A DNA stretch of 64,000 nucleotides from a bacterium (GTDB taxonomy: Bacteria > UBA8248). A program made the position numbers and the translations under genes. The notes under the pieces were generated by a model. That model was not told the DNA's origin. It saw only the letters and a list, made by a program, of their open reading frames with translations, and searched no databases. The DNA lies in the NCBI GenBank assembly GCA_965199855.1, contig OZ241326.1, forward strand, positions 352,001-416,000, read 5' to 3'. Positions 51,864 through 61,789 of this stretch are shown here, piece after piece; the stretch's first letter is position 1; every line of letters begins with the position of its first letter.

Positions 51864-54230
51864 ATGAACCGCAGACTCGGCTGCGCTTTTCTTGTTCTGG
51901 CGACGTGGCTTCTCGCCGCGCCTCCCGCGCGGGCGGCGGCGCCCGCCTCCTCCGAGGCGGCGGAGGCGGCGGATTGGGCCATCGTCCTGCGCGAGGCGGC
52001 GCAGTACCTTCAGGGCGGCGAGAGAACCCCCGGCCTCACCCGGGGGCATTTGTCCCTGGTGCGGCGGATTCGCTCGCGGGCGAACGACGCCAAGGCCAGG
52101 CTCCGGGAGGAGCTTCGCCTCTCCGGGAAACTGCTCGGCGCCCTCGGGCCCCCGCCGTCTGAGGGCGGCGCGCCCGAAGCGAGGGAGATAGCCGGGAAAA
52201 GGGAGCGCTACGGCCGCCGAATCGCGGCCGCGCGCGCCCGCGTCGCCGAGGCCGACCTGGCGATTGTCCGCGCGGGGGAGCTGGAGGAGGCCCTCTCCGC
52301 CGCGAGGCGCGAGCAGCTTCTGGAGGACATCTACCGGCGCGCGCCCATCCCCGTCTCGCCGGGCGTGATCATCAAGGGCGCGCCGGAGCTGACGGCCGCG
52401 CTCGGGCGCGTTCTGCGCTCTCCGCTGGACTGGGGCGCGGGGCTGCCCGCCGGCGCCGCCGCCTCCGAGCTGCTGCCGGGAGTCGTGGTTCTGATTCTGG
52501 GGGCGGCGCTGGGGTGGGGCATACGGCGCAGCGCGCTGGATCTGTTCGGGCGCGACCCCGGCGTTTCGGAGCCCGCATACGCGCGCCGGCTCGGCGCCGC
52601 CCTCGCGCAGGGAGCGGGCGGCGCCGCGCGTCCGGGCGCGGCCCTGGCGGTGCTTTATCTGTGGACCACCCGCCCCGGCGCCCTGGCGAGCGGCCTCTTC
52701 GCCGAGGCGTTCGCCTCCTTTCTCGTCTCCGCGCTACTCTTTTGTCTGGCGGCGGCGTTCGCGAGGGCGCTTCTCGCCCCCGATCAGCCGGTCTGGCGGC
52801 TCACGGCGCAGTCCCCGGAAAGCGCCCGAAGCGCGCATCGCCTGATTCTCGCTCTGGCGGCCGTCTTTTTCATCGACATGTTTTTCTCAAGCCTCGGAAT
52901 CGGGAAGGAAGGCTCCGCCGAGTCGGGCGCCCTCTACGGCGCGGCGTTCGGCGCCCTGGAGGGCTGGCTTCTCATCCGGCTGGGGCGGGCGGAGCTCTGG
53001 CGGGCGGAGGGGGCCGCGGAGGGCGAAGCCCCGCCGGAGAGCAGGGCGTGGCGGCTCGCGCGCCGCGCCGCGAGAATCCTCGCCGCGCTCGGCGTGGCGG
53101 TGCTGCTCGCAGGCTACGTCGCCTTCGGCAAGCGGCTCCTCGACAATCTCGTTCTGACGAGTCTTCTCGTCGCGCTCCTGGCGCTGCTGCGCGAGCTCGC
53201 GCGCGAGGCGGCGTCCTGGGCCGCGCGGTCCGGCTTCGTGCGGGAGAAGCTGCACGTCCCTCCCCGCGCGATGGAGGCGCTTCGCTCCTGGGAGCGGGCC
53301 CTCGCCGCGCCGCTCGTCCTCGCCGCGGGCGTCCTCGTCATTCTGCCCGTCTGGGGGGTGCCGCGGGACGACCTCGTTCGCTGGACCCTCCACGGGCTTT
53401 CCGGCTTCCACGTGGGCAGCATCCGCGTCTCGGTCGTCGATATCGCCTCGGCGATCCTCGTGTTCTTCCTCGCCATGGCGGGGGCGCGGTTTCTGCAGAG
53501 GCAGCTGTCCGAGCGCCTGCTGGGGCAGATGCGCCTGCCCCCCGGCATACGCGACTCCCTGAACGCGGGGCTGGGCTACGCGGGCGTCATCCTCGCCGCG
53601 CTGCTGAGCGTCTCGGTGACGGGCATCGACCTCTCGAACCTCGCCCTGCTCGCCAGCGCGCTCTCGGTGGGCATCGGCTTCGGGCTGCAGACCGTCGTCA
53701 ACAACTTCGTCTCCGGCCTCATCCTCCTGGTCGAGCGGCCCATCAAGATCGGCGACTGGGTCCGCGTGGGCGACAGCGAGGGCATCGTGAAGCGGATACA
53801 GTTCCGCGCGACGGAGCTCGAAACCTGGCGGCGCGCCTCGGTCATCATCCCCAACGCGGAGATTCTCTCGACCTCGGTCGTCAACCTGACGCATCGGGAC
53901 GACTACGGGCGCGCGGAGGTCGAAATCGGAGCGGCGTACGGCTCCGACGCGGCGAAGGTTCGGGAGATTCTGCTGGACGCGGCCGCCGGCAACGAGCGGG
54001 TGAGCGAGCGTCCCGCGCCCTGGGTCGCGTTTCGGGACTTCGGCGCGAGCAGCCTGGACTTCAAGCTCTACTGCTACACCTCGAACGTGATGGGCCGGCT
54101 CCAGGTCGAGAGCGACCTGCGGTTCGAGATCGAGCGCCGCTTCCGGGAGGAGGGCATCGAGATTCCCTTCCCGCAGCGGGTGGTCCACCTCGCGTCCCCG
54201 GAGGAAGGAGGCCGGGAAGAGGGGGCGTGA
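51864..54230 (+). CDS. Large MscS/MscK-like mechanosensitive channel
   Basis: ALSVGIGFGLQ..VNNFVSG, ERPIKIGD, IEIPFPQR. Confidence 0.93.
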   Translation: MNRRLGCAFLVLATWLLAAPPARAAAPASSEAAEAADWAIVLREAAQYLQGGERTPGLTRGHLSLVRRIRSRANDAKARLREELRLSGKLLGALGPPPSEGGAPEAREIAGKRERYGRRIAAARARVAEADLAIVRAGELEEALSAARREQLLEDIYRRAPIPVSPGVIIKGAPELTAALGRVLRSPLDWGAGLPAGAAASELLPGVVVLILGAALGWGIRRSALDLFGRDPGVSEPAYARRLGAALAQGAGGAARPGAALAVLYLWTTRPGALASGLFAEAFASFLVSALLFCLAAAFARALLAPDQPVWRLTAQSPESARSAHRLILALAAVFFIDMFFSSLGIGKEGSAESGALYGAAFGALEGWLLIRLGRAELWRAEGAAEGEAPPESRAWRLARRAARILAALGVAVLLAGYVAFGKRLLDNLVLTSLLVALLALLRELAREAASWAARSGFVREKLHVPPRAMEALRSWERALAAPLVLAAGVLVILPVWGVPRDDLVRWTLHGLSGFHVGSIRVSVVDIASAILVFFLAMAGARFLQRQLSERLLGQMRLPPGIRDSLNAGLGYAGVILAALLSVSVTGIDLSNLALLASALSVGIGFGLQTVVNNFVSGLILLVERPIKIGDWVRVGDSEGIVKRIQFRATELETWRRASVIIPNAEILSTSVVNLTHRDDYGRAEVEIGAAYGSDAAKVREILLDAAAGNERVSERPAPWVAFRDFGASSLDFKLYCYTSNVMGRLQVESDLRFEIERRFREEGIEIPFPQRVVHLASPEEGGREEGA

Positions 54231-54232
54231 GC

Positions 54233-55249
54233 CTACCTGTAGGTGTAGGGCCTGGGCGCGGGCCTCTGGCCGATTCTGTTCCGCATCACCCCGAGCGGCC
54301 CCATGTCGATTTCGACGACGTCGCCCGGCTGAATCCAGCGGTCGATCTCCATGCCGCATCCTCCGGGGACGGTGCCCGAGCCGAGCAGGTCTCCCGTGAG
54401 GAGATTCTCGTCGCGCGCGGTGTAGGCGATCATCTGCTCGAAGGTCCAATACATCTCGCCGGGCGTGGTCTCCACCCACGTCTCTCCGTTCACCCGCGCG
54501 GCCATGGGAATGCTCCTCGGGTCGCCGATCTCGTCGGGCGTGGCGATCCAGGGGCCGAAGCTCCAGCACCAGTCCTTGCTTTTGTAGGGCCCGGTTCCCA
54601 TGGCCATTTCGCCCCCCTGCGCGTCCCGCGCGCTCCAGTCGTTCAGTATCGCGTAGCCGAAGATGTGCCGGCCCGCGTCTTCTTCCGCGACGTCGCGGCC
54701 CGGGACGCCGACCACGCAGCAGAACTCGAGCTCGAAGTCCATCTTTTCGGTGAAGCTGGGCCAGGGAACCTCCTCTTCGGGCCCGGCCATGTGGGCGCAG
54801 CTCGCCTTGAAGGCGAGGGGGCGGTCGTACCACGTTTGGGGAATTTCGAGGCGCATCGCCGCGAAGGTTTTCTTGAGGTGGCGCTCGAAGCCCGCGAAGC
54901 CCCGGATGAGCGGGGGGCGCCTTATCGGCGCGAGAAGCCGCGCCTCGTCCGGCGCGTAGATGACGCGCTCCCCGCGGGGGCCCGCCGCGTCTCCGCGCTC
55001 GAGGGCGAATGCGAGCGCCTCCGCGGCCGCTTCGAGGCCGCTTGGGCCCGACGCCGCGAACGCCAGCATGTCCGGGGGAATCAGGGCGTCCGCCATGGCC
55101 TGGGGGCGCGAGGAGCCGCGCTGGCTGAATTCCGCCGCCGCGGCGAAGTTCAAATCGACGTATCGGAGCGCGCCGCCCTCGGACACCACGGCCCCCAGCC
55201 GCTCGAACGGGCCGACCGGCGTTCGGACTTCAAAGGAGCAAAGCTTCAT
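54233..55249 (-). CDS. Fumarylacetoacetate hydrolase family protein
   Basis: DFELE, NDWSARD, K.KD, GDLLGSGT. Confidence 0.92.
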   Translation of the reverse strand: MKLCSFEVRTPVGPFERLGAVVSEGGALRYVDLNFAAAAEFSQRGSSRPQAMADALIPPDMLAFAASGPSGLEAAAEALAFALERGDAAGPRGERVIYAPDEARLLAPIRRPPLIRGFAGFERHLKKTFAAMRLEIPQTWYDRPLAFKASCAHMAGPEEEVPWPSFTEKMDFELEFCCVVGVPGRDVAEEDAGRHIFGYAILNDWSARDAQGGEMAMGTGPYKSKDWCWSFGPWIATPDEIGDPRSIPMAARVNGETWVETTPGEMYWTFEQMIAYTARDENLLTGDLLGSGTVPGGCGMEIDRWIQPGDVVEIDMGPLGVMRNRIGQRPAPRPYTYR

Positions 55250-55318
55250 GGCGTCTCTCCGTGGTCGGGGGAATCCGGGCCGCGCGCGCCTTGAGAAGCG
55301 AGCCGCGGGGGCGCGCCG

Positions 55319-55840
55319 CTACAGGTCAACCTTGTCCCTTTCGTCCGTTTCGGGAAAGGGCCCCTCCTTGATTTCGATGAGCTTCGAGTCGTCTTCGAGA
55401 AACTCGACCTCGTGTCCTTCGTACATCAGGATGAGGTCGTCCCGGCGCAGAATCGCGTCGCCCAGATGCTCCCCTTCCTTCGTGAACACGCCGATCCGCG
55501 CGCTGCCCCGCTGGCACAGGAGAATCTGGTGCCGCGTGGCGTTCGCGCACCGCTCCTCCACCACGTGGTAGTGCGCCTTGGTGATGGCGCCCCTGGGCCT
55601 GTTCAGGACGATGATTTGCAGGGGAATCGCGTCGTCCGTCACGTGGGCCTTGGTGTTGCGCTCTGCCTCGACGTCCTGGCCGGCGTATGCGGCGCGGACG
55701 TGCTCCCGCGCCTCCTCGGTGTCCAGATAGGGGGGAAACCGGGCGTAGTCGTCGAAGTCTCCCTTGACGTGGACGGCGATCATCCGCCCGTCGTCGGCCT
55801 TGTAGTAGTCCACGCTTTCGGAATCGATCTCCAGGGACAT
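55319..55840 (-). CDS. Cupin-like hypothetical protein
   Basis: AHYH, GHEVEFLED..LIEIKEGP; GAGGAGGAG RBS before ATG 55840. Confidence 0.7.
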   Translation of the reverse strand: MSLEIDSESVDYYKADDGRMIAVHVKGDFDDYARFPPYLDTEEAREHVRAAYAGQDVEAERNTKAHVTDDAIPLQIIVLNRPRGAITKAHYHVVEERCANATRHQILLCQRGSARIGVFTKEGEHLGDAILRRDDLILMYEGHEVEFLEDDSKLIEIKEGPFPETDERDKVDL

Positions 55841-56017
55841 CGCGCTCCTCCTCGAATGCGGCCGAAGCGGGAAAAGGCGCCTGCGCAGCGGCGTCTTCAG
55901 GTTCGCTTTCTGCTTCTTCTTTCTCCTTTCCGCTGCTGATATTTCACGCTGACGGCGCCCGTGAACGCCTCGAAGAAGCACTTGATGTTCAATTCTGCTT
56001 CAAGAGCCCGGAAGCTC

Positions 56018-57520
56018 TCATCCGAAAGCTCGGGCAAATCCCTTCTTTCGCACAGCCGGCGAGCGAGCCTTCGCCCTTTCCGACAACGGAAAATCCTTGA
56101 TGAACGACTTCGCGTAGGAAAACCAGCCGTTCCTGTACGGACGGGACGCCAGGGCGATATACCACTCCATGAACGGGCTGTTCAATTCCTCGAGCAGATC
56201 GTCCAGGCTGACGCCCGGATGCGGTTTTACGCAGTAGCCGCCGTAGAACAGGGAATCGGCGTCATCGCAGTATTGAAAATCGGGCTTCGGGTTCATGCCG
56301 GAGGTCAATATCTTTTTCCCAAACCCCTTGACGATGGATACGTCCCTGCCGAAGCCGTGCCACCTGTCGGGGGGAAACGCGCCCTTGTCTCTGCCCAGCA
56401 GCCTCTTCCTGTGCCTGAGCAGCCATTCGTAAGCCTTTGGAAATCGCCCTTCAAATTCATCCTCCGGCAGCAGTTTTCCGTTTTCATAAGGGTATATCAC
56501 TACGCGGTTCACGGCGTCTTTTCCCTTCTTCATGGCGGAGGCTTTGTAGATTCGCCTCACCGCCTTTGGCTCAAGGTCGACGGCTCCTTCGGGAAGGACG
56601 AACACGTCATCGGCGAGAGTCTGGACGCCTACGTGAATGTCGGCGATATCCGACAGCTTCAGGGAGCTTCTACGGCGGAGCGCCGTTCTGTCGGCTTTCG
56701 ACATCGCCCGCCATTTCTCATCCGTCAAATGGACGCGATACCCGTTGCGCCATTCCGGCGCCCCGTTCGTTATGGAAACGCATTTTTCCACGTTTGCGAC
56801 CCTGGAAGGCTTCGCGTCTTTTTCTATGGCCGCAATGGTGGTGTATGTCGTGGCGTTCTGGAAAACCTGATGCCGTCCAAAATCGAACAGGGCGGATATG
56901 CGGTGATTGCGCCGCAGATGCTCGCGAAAAGCCTTGCCGGAATCACTCGTCATCCAGCTGCTGGGCGTAATGAATGCCATCTTGCCCCGGCTTTTCAGAA
57001 GCCGGAGACCCATATCGAAAAAGAGCAGGTATAAATCGCAGGCGCCCCGCATGAAGTTCCACGAGCCGTTTTTTATCTTGTCGCGCCTGTCTTTCTCCAG
57101 GCGCTGGACGCGAACGTAGGGAGGGTTCCCGACGACGTAGTCGAATCTTCCGATCCACCGCTCCCATGAGGGAGCGTCTATGGCGTCTATGCGGCGCAGA
57201 TTCCACGCGACCGGCCCCAGGCGGTTTTTGTCGATCACCGCATCGAGGCGCTTCCTGCATTCATCGAGAGCCGTTCCGTCAATGTCGAACCCGGTTAGAC
57301 TGTTCAGCGTCCGGTAATGCCCGCCCCTGTTTTTTCCGGCCTGCTTAATCCGTCGGCAAACGCGCTCCGCGAGAGGGACGAGAAACTCCCCGTCTCCGCA
57401 CGCCGGATCGCAAATGCGCACGTCGGCGAGAGCGCCTCCCGGACACGCGTCCAGCATCAGATCCACAATGGGTCTCGGCGTATAGACTACGCCGAAATGC
57501 TTCTTGGGATTGGCGGCCAT
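56018..57520 (-). CDS. N6-adenine DNA methyltransferase (gamma class, TaqI/Eco57I-like), apparently orphan
   Basis: VYTP, DPACGDG, GNPPY, DLY..F; lower GC than its flanks. Confidence 0.9.
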   Translation of the reverse strand: MAANPKKHFGVVYTPRPIVDLMLDACPGGALADVRICDPACGDGEFLVPLAERVCRRIKQAGKNRGGHYRTLNSLTGFDIDGTALDECRKRLDAVIDKNRLGPVAWNLRRIDAIDAPSWERWIGRFDYVVGNPPYVRVQRLEKDRRDKIKNGSWNFMRGACDLYLLFFDMGLRLLKSRGKMAFITPSSWMTSDSGKAFREHLRRNHRISALFDFGRHQVFQNATTYTTIAAIEKDAKPSRVANVEKCVSITNGAPEWRNGYRVHLTDEKWRAMSKADRTALRRRSSLKLSDIADIHVGVQTLADDVFVLPEGAVDLEPKAVRRIYKASAMKKGKDAVNRVVIYPYENGKLLPEDEFEGRFPKAYEWLLRHRKRLLGRDKGAFPPDRWHGFGRDVSIVKGFGKKILTSGMNPKPDFQYCDDADSLFYGGYCVKPHPGVSLDDLLEELNSPFMEWYIALASRPYRNGWFSYAKSFIKDFPLSERAKARSPAVRKKGFARAFG

Positions 57521-57651
57521 CGCGCACTCAGATCCTCGCATCGCGGCCTTCCGCCGACTGCGGGGCCGGGCAGGGACACGATACGATCAATCGGCTCCGT
57601 TCCGCAATTTCCCTCGCCTTGCCGGAAGGCGCATTCGTCAACGTAGCGCCC

Positions 57652-58536
57652 TCACGAATCCGCGCCTACGATCTTCATGTGGAAATCGAGCGGCGGCGCG
57701 GCGCGGACGAGCGCGCTGGTGGAGATGTAGTCCACGCCCGTCCGCGCGACGCCTGCGAGGTCGCTCGCGCCGACGCCGGAGGCCTCGAGCTCGTAGGGCT
57801 TTCCCGTCCGGGAGGCGCGCCCGGCCGCCCGCGCGAGGGAGACGGCCTCCCGCAGCGCGTCCGGGCTCATGTTGTCGAGCAGGATCATGTGGACGCGCCC
57901 GTCCTCGATGACTTCTTCGACCTGCGCCGGATTCTGCGTCTCGATCTGGATGTCCGTCATGTAGCGGCGGCCGAAATGCCTGTCGATGGCGGCGGGGATG
58001 GAGCCCGCGGCGGCGATGTCGTTGTCCTTGATGAGCTCGCCGTCGAAGAGTCCCAGGCGGTGGTTTCGTCCGCCGCCCGCGCGAACCGCGTATTTCTCGA
58101 AATAGCGAAGCCCCGGCCGGTTCTTTCTCGTATCGACGAGCCCCTTGAAGGCTTCGGGCGGATCGCCCAGGCGCGCCAGCGCGTCGGCCGTGTGCGTGGC
58201 GATTTCCGAGACGTGCGAGAGGAGGTTGAGCGCGGTGCGCTCCGCCTTCAGGATGGTCTGCGCGTGGCCGCGGACGCGCGCCAGCAGGTCGCCCCCGGCA
58301 ACCCTCGCGCCTTCCTTTTTCAGCCACTCGACTTCGGGCGGGCGGCTCGCGCCGAGCGCGAGCAGGCCCTGCGTCTCCTCCAGCGCGAGGAGGAAGAACG
58401 GGGCGCCCGCGAGAACGGCGTCGCTTTTCGAGCGCAACTCGGCCGCGCGCCAGGGGTCGCTTCCGGCGTCGTAGTGGAGGGGCGCGCTCCCGAAGTCCTC
58501 CAGGAGCCATTCGCGGATTTTCGAGCGGATGTCCAT
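57652..58536 (-). CDS. nadC: Quinolinate phosphoribosyltransferase
   Basis: AERTALN, DTRK.RPGLR, NHRLGL.D, IKDN, LLDNM, EASG. Confidence 0.93.
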   Translation of the reverse strand: MDIRSKIREWLLEDFGSAPLHYDAGSDPWRAAELRSKSDAVLAGAPFFLLALEETQGLLALGASRPPEVEWLKKEGARVAGGDLLARVRGHAQTILKAERTALNLLSHVSEIATHTADALARLGDPPEAFKGLVDTRKNRPGLRYFEKYAVRAGGGRNHRLGLFDGELIKDNDIAAAGSIPAAIDRHFGRRYMTDIQIETQNPAQVEEVIEDGRVHMILLDNMSPDALREAVSLARAAGRASRTGKPYELEASGVGASDLAGVARTGVDYISTSALVRAAPPLDFHMKIVGADS

Positions 58537-58561
58537 GCGCGTCGGGCGGGGCGGATTCGCG

Positions 58562-59674
58562 CTAGACGATTTCGAGCATCCGCTCGATGGGGACGCGCGC
58601 GCGCCGGGCGAGCTCCGGGTCCACGGTGATTTCGTGCTTCATGTCGCGCAGGCACTCGCGCAGACCCCGCAGGGTGTTCTGCTTCATGTAGGCGCAGAGC
58701 GCCTCCCGGCTCGCGGGAATGAGCGTCTTCTCCGGAACCGCCCTGGACATGGGATGGAGGTTTCCCACCTCGGTGGCCACGATGACCTCGGAGTGCGGAA
58801 CCTCCTCGACCAGCTTGATCATGCCCTGGGTGGAGCGGAACTGGAGCATGTCCTCGGGCACGAGGCCGTCGCTCACCTGGCGCATGCAGGCGCTGGTGCA
58901 GCCGCATTCGGGATGCACCACGGTGATGGCCTCCGGGTGTAGCCGCTGCTGCTCCCGGACGTGGTGCGGGCGAATTCTCTCGTGGACGTGGCACGCGCCC
59001 ATCATCAGATGGAGGCGGTCCAGGGAGTGTCCCTCCCTCTCCAGCAGCTTGGCCGCGTAGAAGCCCAGGAACACGTCGGGCAGGAAGAGGATGGGCTGAT
59101 CCGGCGCGGAATTCTCGAGGACGTGGAGGGTGACCTTGCCCGCGTTGGCGGACGCGCAGCAGTAGTCGCTCTCCGCCTTCACCTCCAGATAGGTGTTGAC
59201 GTAGCTGATGACGACGCCCCCGGGATGCGCCTTTTTCCATTCGCGGATTTTGCCGGCGTCGGCGTGGGCGGCGAGGGAGCAGAGCGCGTCGAGGCTGGGC
59301 GCCAGGACGGTCTGATGCGGCTTTTTGAGGGCGGCCAGAATCTGGTTCATGAACAGCACGGACGGCTCGACCAGGAGGTCCGCGTCCGAGGCGGCGCCCC
59401 GCCGCGCCAGAAACAGCGAATCGCCGATGACGTCGGATACGTCCTGAATGTCCCTGGGCACGTAGTTGTGCGCCAGGACGAGCGCGTTTTTCTCTTTCTT
59501 GAGGCGGCGGATCTCGCCCTGGAGAAACTCGCGCTCCTCCTGCGGGACGTTTTCCGGGTGCGCGTCCTCGGGGATTTCGGGAACGGCGATGGAGGGCCCG
59601 AGGTCGGTTTGATCCATCAGGGCGATGGCTTCTCTCGCCGGAAGGATGTCGCCCGCGTCAACGTCCGCGATCAT
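58562..59674 (-). CDS. nadA: Quinolinate synthase
   Basis: LAHNY, GDSL, CSLA, YVNT, CHVH, HPEC, CAYMK. Confidence 0.95.
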   Translation of the reverse strand: MIADVDAGDILPAREAIALMDQTDLGPSIAVPEIPEDAHPENVPQEEREFLQGEIRRLKKEKNALVLAHNYVPRDIQDVSDVIGDSLFLARRGAASDADLLVEPSVLFMNQILAALKKPHQTVLAPSLDALCSLAAHADAGKIREWKKAHPGGVVISYVNTYLEVKAESDYCCASANAGKVTLHVLENSAPDQPILFLPDVFLGFYAAKLLEREGHSLDRLHLMMGACHVHERIRPHHVREQQRLHPEAITVVHPECGCTSACMRQVSDGLVPEDMLQFRSTQGMIKLVEEVPHSEVIVATEVGNLHPMSRAVPEKTLIPASREALCAYMKQNTLRGLRECLRDMKHEITVDPELARRARVPIERMLEIV

Positions 59675-59901
59675 TTCGGGCTCCGTCAGGGGCGGCGGCG
59701 CTTCGCGCCTTCGCCTTGCTTGCGCAAAAAATCACAAGCAGGGGCGAAAAAGAGGGAATCTGGTTGAATCGACATTCGCGCTCCCGGGAAACAAGGCGCC
59801 AAGCGGTTCATGGGCTTTTCGCGCTCCCCCTTCGTTCCCCTATTATTCCACGCCTTCGGGTTCCAGGCAAAACGGAAATACGGAAAAAACATGATTTTTT
59901 C

Positions 59902-59930
59902 TTGCCGATCCGCGCTCTTTTTGCTAGGTT
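59902..59930 (+). promoter_or_regulatory. Putative sigma70 promoter
   Basis: TTGCCG-N17-TAGGTT with extended -10 TG and an AT-rich upstream region. Confidence 0.55.
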
Positions 59931-59936
59931 GCGTCG

Positions 59937-60046
59937 TCAGGGCATTTTTCAGGGATTATTGACGGGGGGCGAGCGGCGCGGCTCACCCTCGGTCAGCCGG
60001 ATCGAATCGCGGGTCGCCGGGCGAGACGACCCGCTTTTGTTTATTT
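59937..60046 (+). ncRNA. Candidate ~110-nt small RNA or attenuator leader
   Basis: Lies between the putative promoter and an intrinsic terminator; contains a long imperfect hairpin at 59960-59995. No family recognised. Confidence 0.4.
60009..60046 (+). terminator. Intrinsic terminator
   Basis: GCGGGTCG-N10-CGACCCGC followed by TTTTGTTTATTT. Confidence 0.75.
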
Positions 60047-60114
60047 GAAGCGGCGCGGCGCCTCCGACCGGGCGCGCCTCATGCGATGGAGCCGGCCGCT
60101 TTGGAGAGTTCGCC

Positions 60115-60297
60115 ATGACCCGCGGCGTGGTCTGGTTGCTGGGCGCGCTGGCCCTGTCGGGTCTTCTGATTTTCGCGCTGAACGGAATCTGCTCGAAACC
60201 GTTGATTTTTCCGAGGCTGAGCGGATATTTTTGCCCCAGGCCCCTGCCGGAATCCATGACGCCGCGCCCCGCGTCCGAGGGGGCGGAGCGGCGATGA
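60115..60297 (+). CDS. Small single-TM protein
   Basis: GGAG RBS, hydrophobic N-terminus, two Cys; short. Confidence 0.45.
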   Translation: MTRGVVWLLGALALSGLLIFALNGICSKPLIFPRLSGYFCPRPLPESMTPRPASEGAERR

Positions 60298-60337
60298 GAG
60301 GCGATCGACGCCGGGGATTTTTCAGAAAGGTGAGGAT

Positions 60338-61744
60338 ATGACGGACTCAGATTCTCTCGTCACGGACGCCGTCGTCGAGTTCGTCCTCGGGACGGAATAC
60401 GAGGACGTTCCCGAAGACGTGCGGGTCATCATGCGCCGCTGCTTCGTGGACGGCGCCGGCCTGATGGTCGCGGGCTCCACGGAGGAGAGCGGCCGCATCA
60501 TCCAGAACTACCTCCGGGAGATCGGCGGGGAGCCGGAGGCGCGGGTGTTCGGCACCTCCATGGTGGCGCCCGCGCACCTCGCCGCCCTGGCGAACGGCGT
60601 CGCGGGCCACGCGATGGATTATGACGACACGCAGCTCAGCAGCTATCCGGATCGCGTCTATGGCCTGCTGACGCACCCCACGTGTCCGGTGATGCCGGCG
60701 GCTTTCGCCCTCGCCGAGGCGCTGGGCGCGACGGGACAGGAGCTGCTCGCCGCCTTCGCGCTCGGCTTCGAGGTGGAGTGCAAGGTGGCGGAGGCGATTC
60801 GGCCGGATCACTACGTCAAGGGCTTTCATTCCACGGGAACCATAGGCGCCATCGGGGCGGCGACCGCCGCGGCGAAGCTGATGGGGCTGGACGAGTGCCA
60901 GCTGCGCATGTGCTACGGCATCGTCTGTTCGGAGAGCGCGGGCCTTCGGGCGAATTTCGGAACCATGACGAAGCCCTACCACTGCGGCCGCGCGGCGGAA
61001 AACGGCGTCGTGGCCGCGCGGCTGGCGGCCGGCGGCTATTCGGCCGATCCCGCGATATTCGACGGGCGGTGGGGTTTTTTCCAGATCATGGGCGGCGGCC
61101 GAGACGAGGATCACATCGTCGGAAAGCTCGGCGCCCCCTGGTCGGCGGTCGATCCGGGTGTCTCGATCAAGCCCTACCCCTGCGGCTCCCTCTCGCACCC
61201 CGCCATGGACGCCGCCAGGGACCTGATTCTCGAAAACGACGTCCGGCCCGAACAGGTCAGGGAGCTGCGCTTCGGCACCACCTCGCGCGTGCTGGAGCCT
61301 CTGCGCTACGCCGAGCCGCAAAACGAGCTCGAGGCGAAATTCTCCTTGCAGTTCGGCTTCGCCGCCCTTCTGCTGGAGCGCGCGGCCGGCATCGCCCAAT
61401 ACAGGGACGAGGTCGTCAGGCGGCCCGACGTCGTGGAGATGATGAAGAAGGTGCGCGCCTTCATGGACGAGGACATCGAGGCGCAGGGCTACGCCCTCAT
61501 TCGCGGCAGGGTGGAGATAGAGCTCGAGGACGGGACCGTGCACGAGAAGATGTCGGAAATTTCCCGGGGGACGCCCCAGCGGCCCATGGACCGGGAGGAG
61601 CTTTTCGGGAAGTTCACCGAATGCGCGGGGCTGGCGTATGAGAGCGATCAAATCGCCCTGATCGAGGCGATGCTCTACAAAATCGACACGCTCGAGAACA
61701 TTCACGGCCTCATCGAGCTGCTCGGCGAGAAAATGGAGGCGTGA
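60338..61744 (+). CDS. MmgE/PrpD family protein
   Basis: AGHAMDYDD, HP, GFHSTG, GTMTKP.H.G, KPYPC, KFS. Confidence 0.92.
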   Translation: MTDSDSLVTDAVVEFVLGTEYEDVPEDVRVIMRRCFVDGAGLMVAGSTEESGRIIQNYLREIGGEPEARVFGTSMVAPAHLAALANGVAGHAMDYDDTQLSSYPDRVYGLLTHPTCPVMPAAFALAEALGATGQELLAAFALGFEVECKVAEAIRPDHYVKGFHSTGTIGAIGAATAAAKLMGLDECQLRMCYGIVCSESAGLRANFGTMTKPYHCGRAAENGVVAARLAAGGYSADPAIFDGRWGFFQIMGGGRDEDHIVGKLGAPWSAVDPGVSIKPYPCGSLSHPAMDAARDLILENDVRPEQVRELRFGTTSRVLEPLRYAEPQNELEAKFSLQFGFAALLLERAAGIAQYRDEVVRRPDVVEMMKKVRAFMDEDIEAQGYALIRGRVEIELEDGTVHEKMSEISRGTPQRPMDREELFGKFTECAGLAYESDQIALIEAMLYKIDTLENIHGLIELLGEKMEA

Positions 61745-61789
61745 GGATTCCTCCCCCGCCCGAGGGCGCGCGGCGCGCTCGTCGGGCGG

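Noticed and set aside
59937-60046. tRNA-Sec or another tRNA/rRNA
   Set aside because: No cloverleaf, TTCGA T-loop or UCA anticodon arm. I recognised no tRNA or rRNA anywhere in the window.
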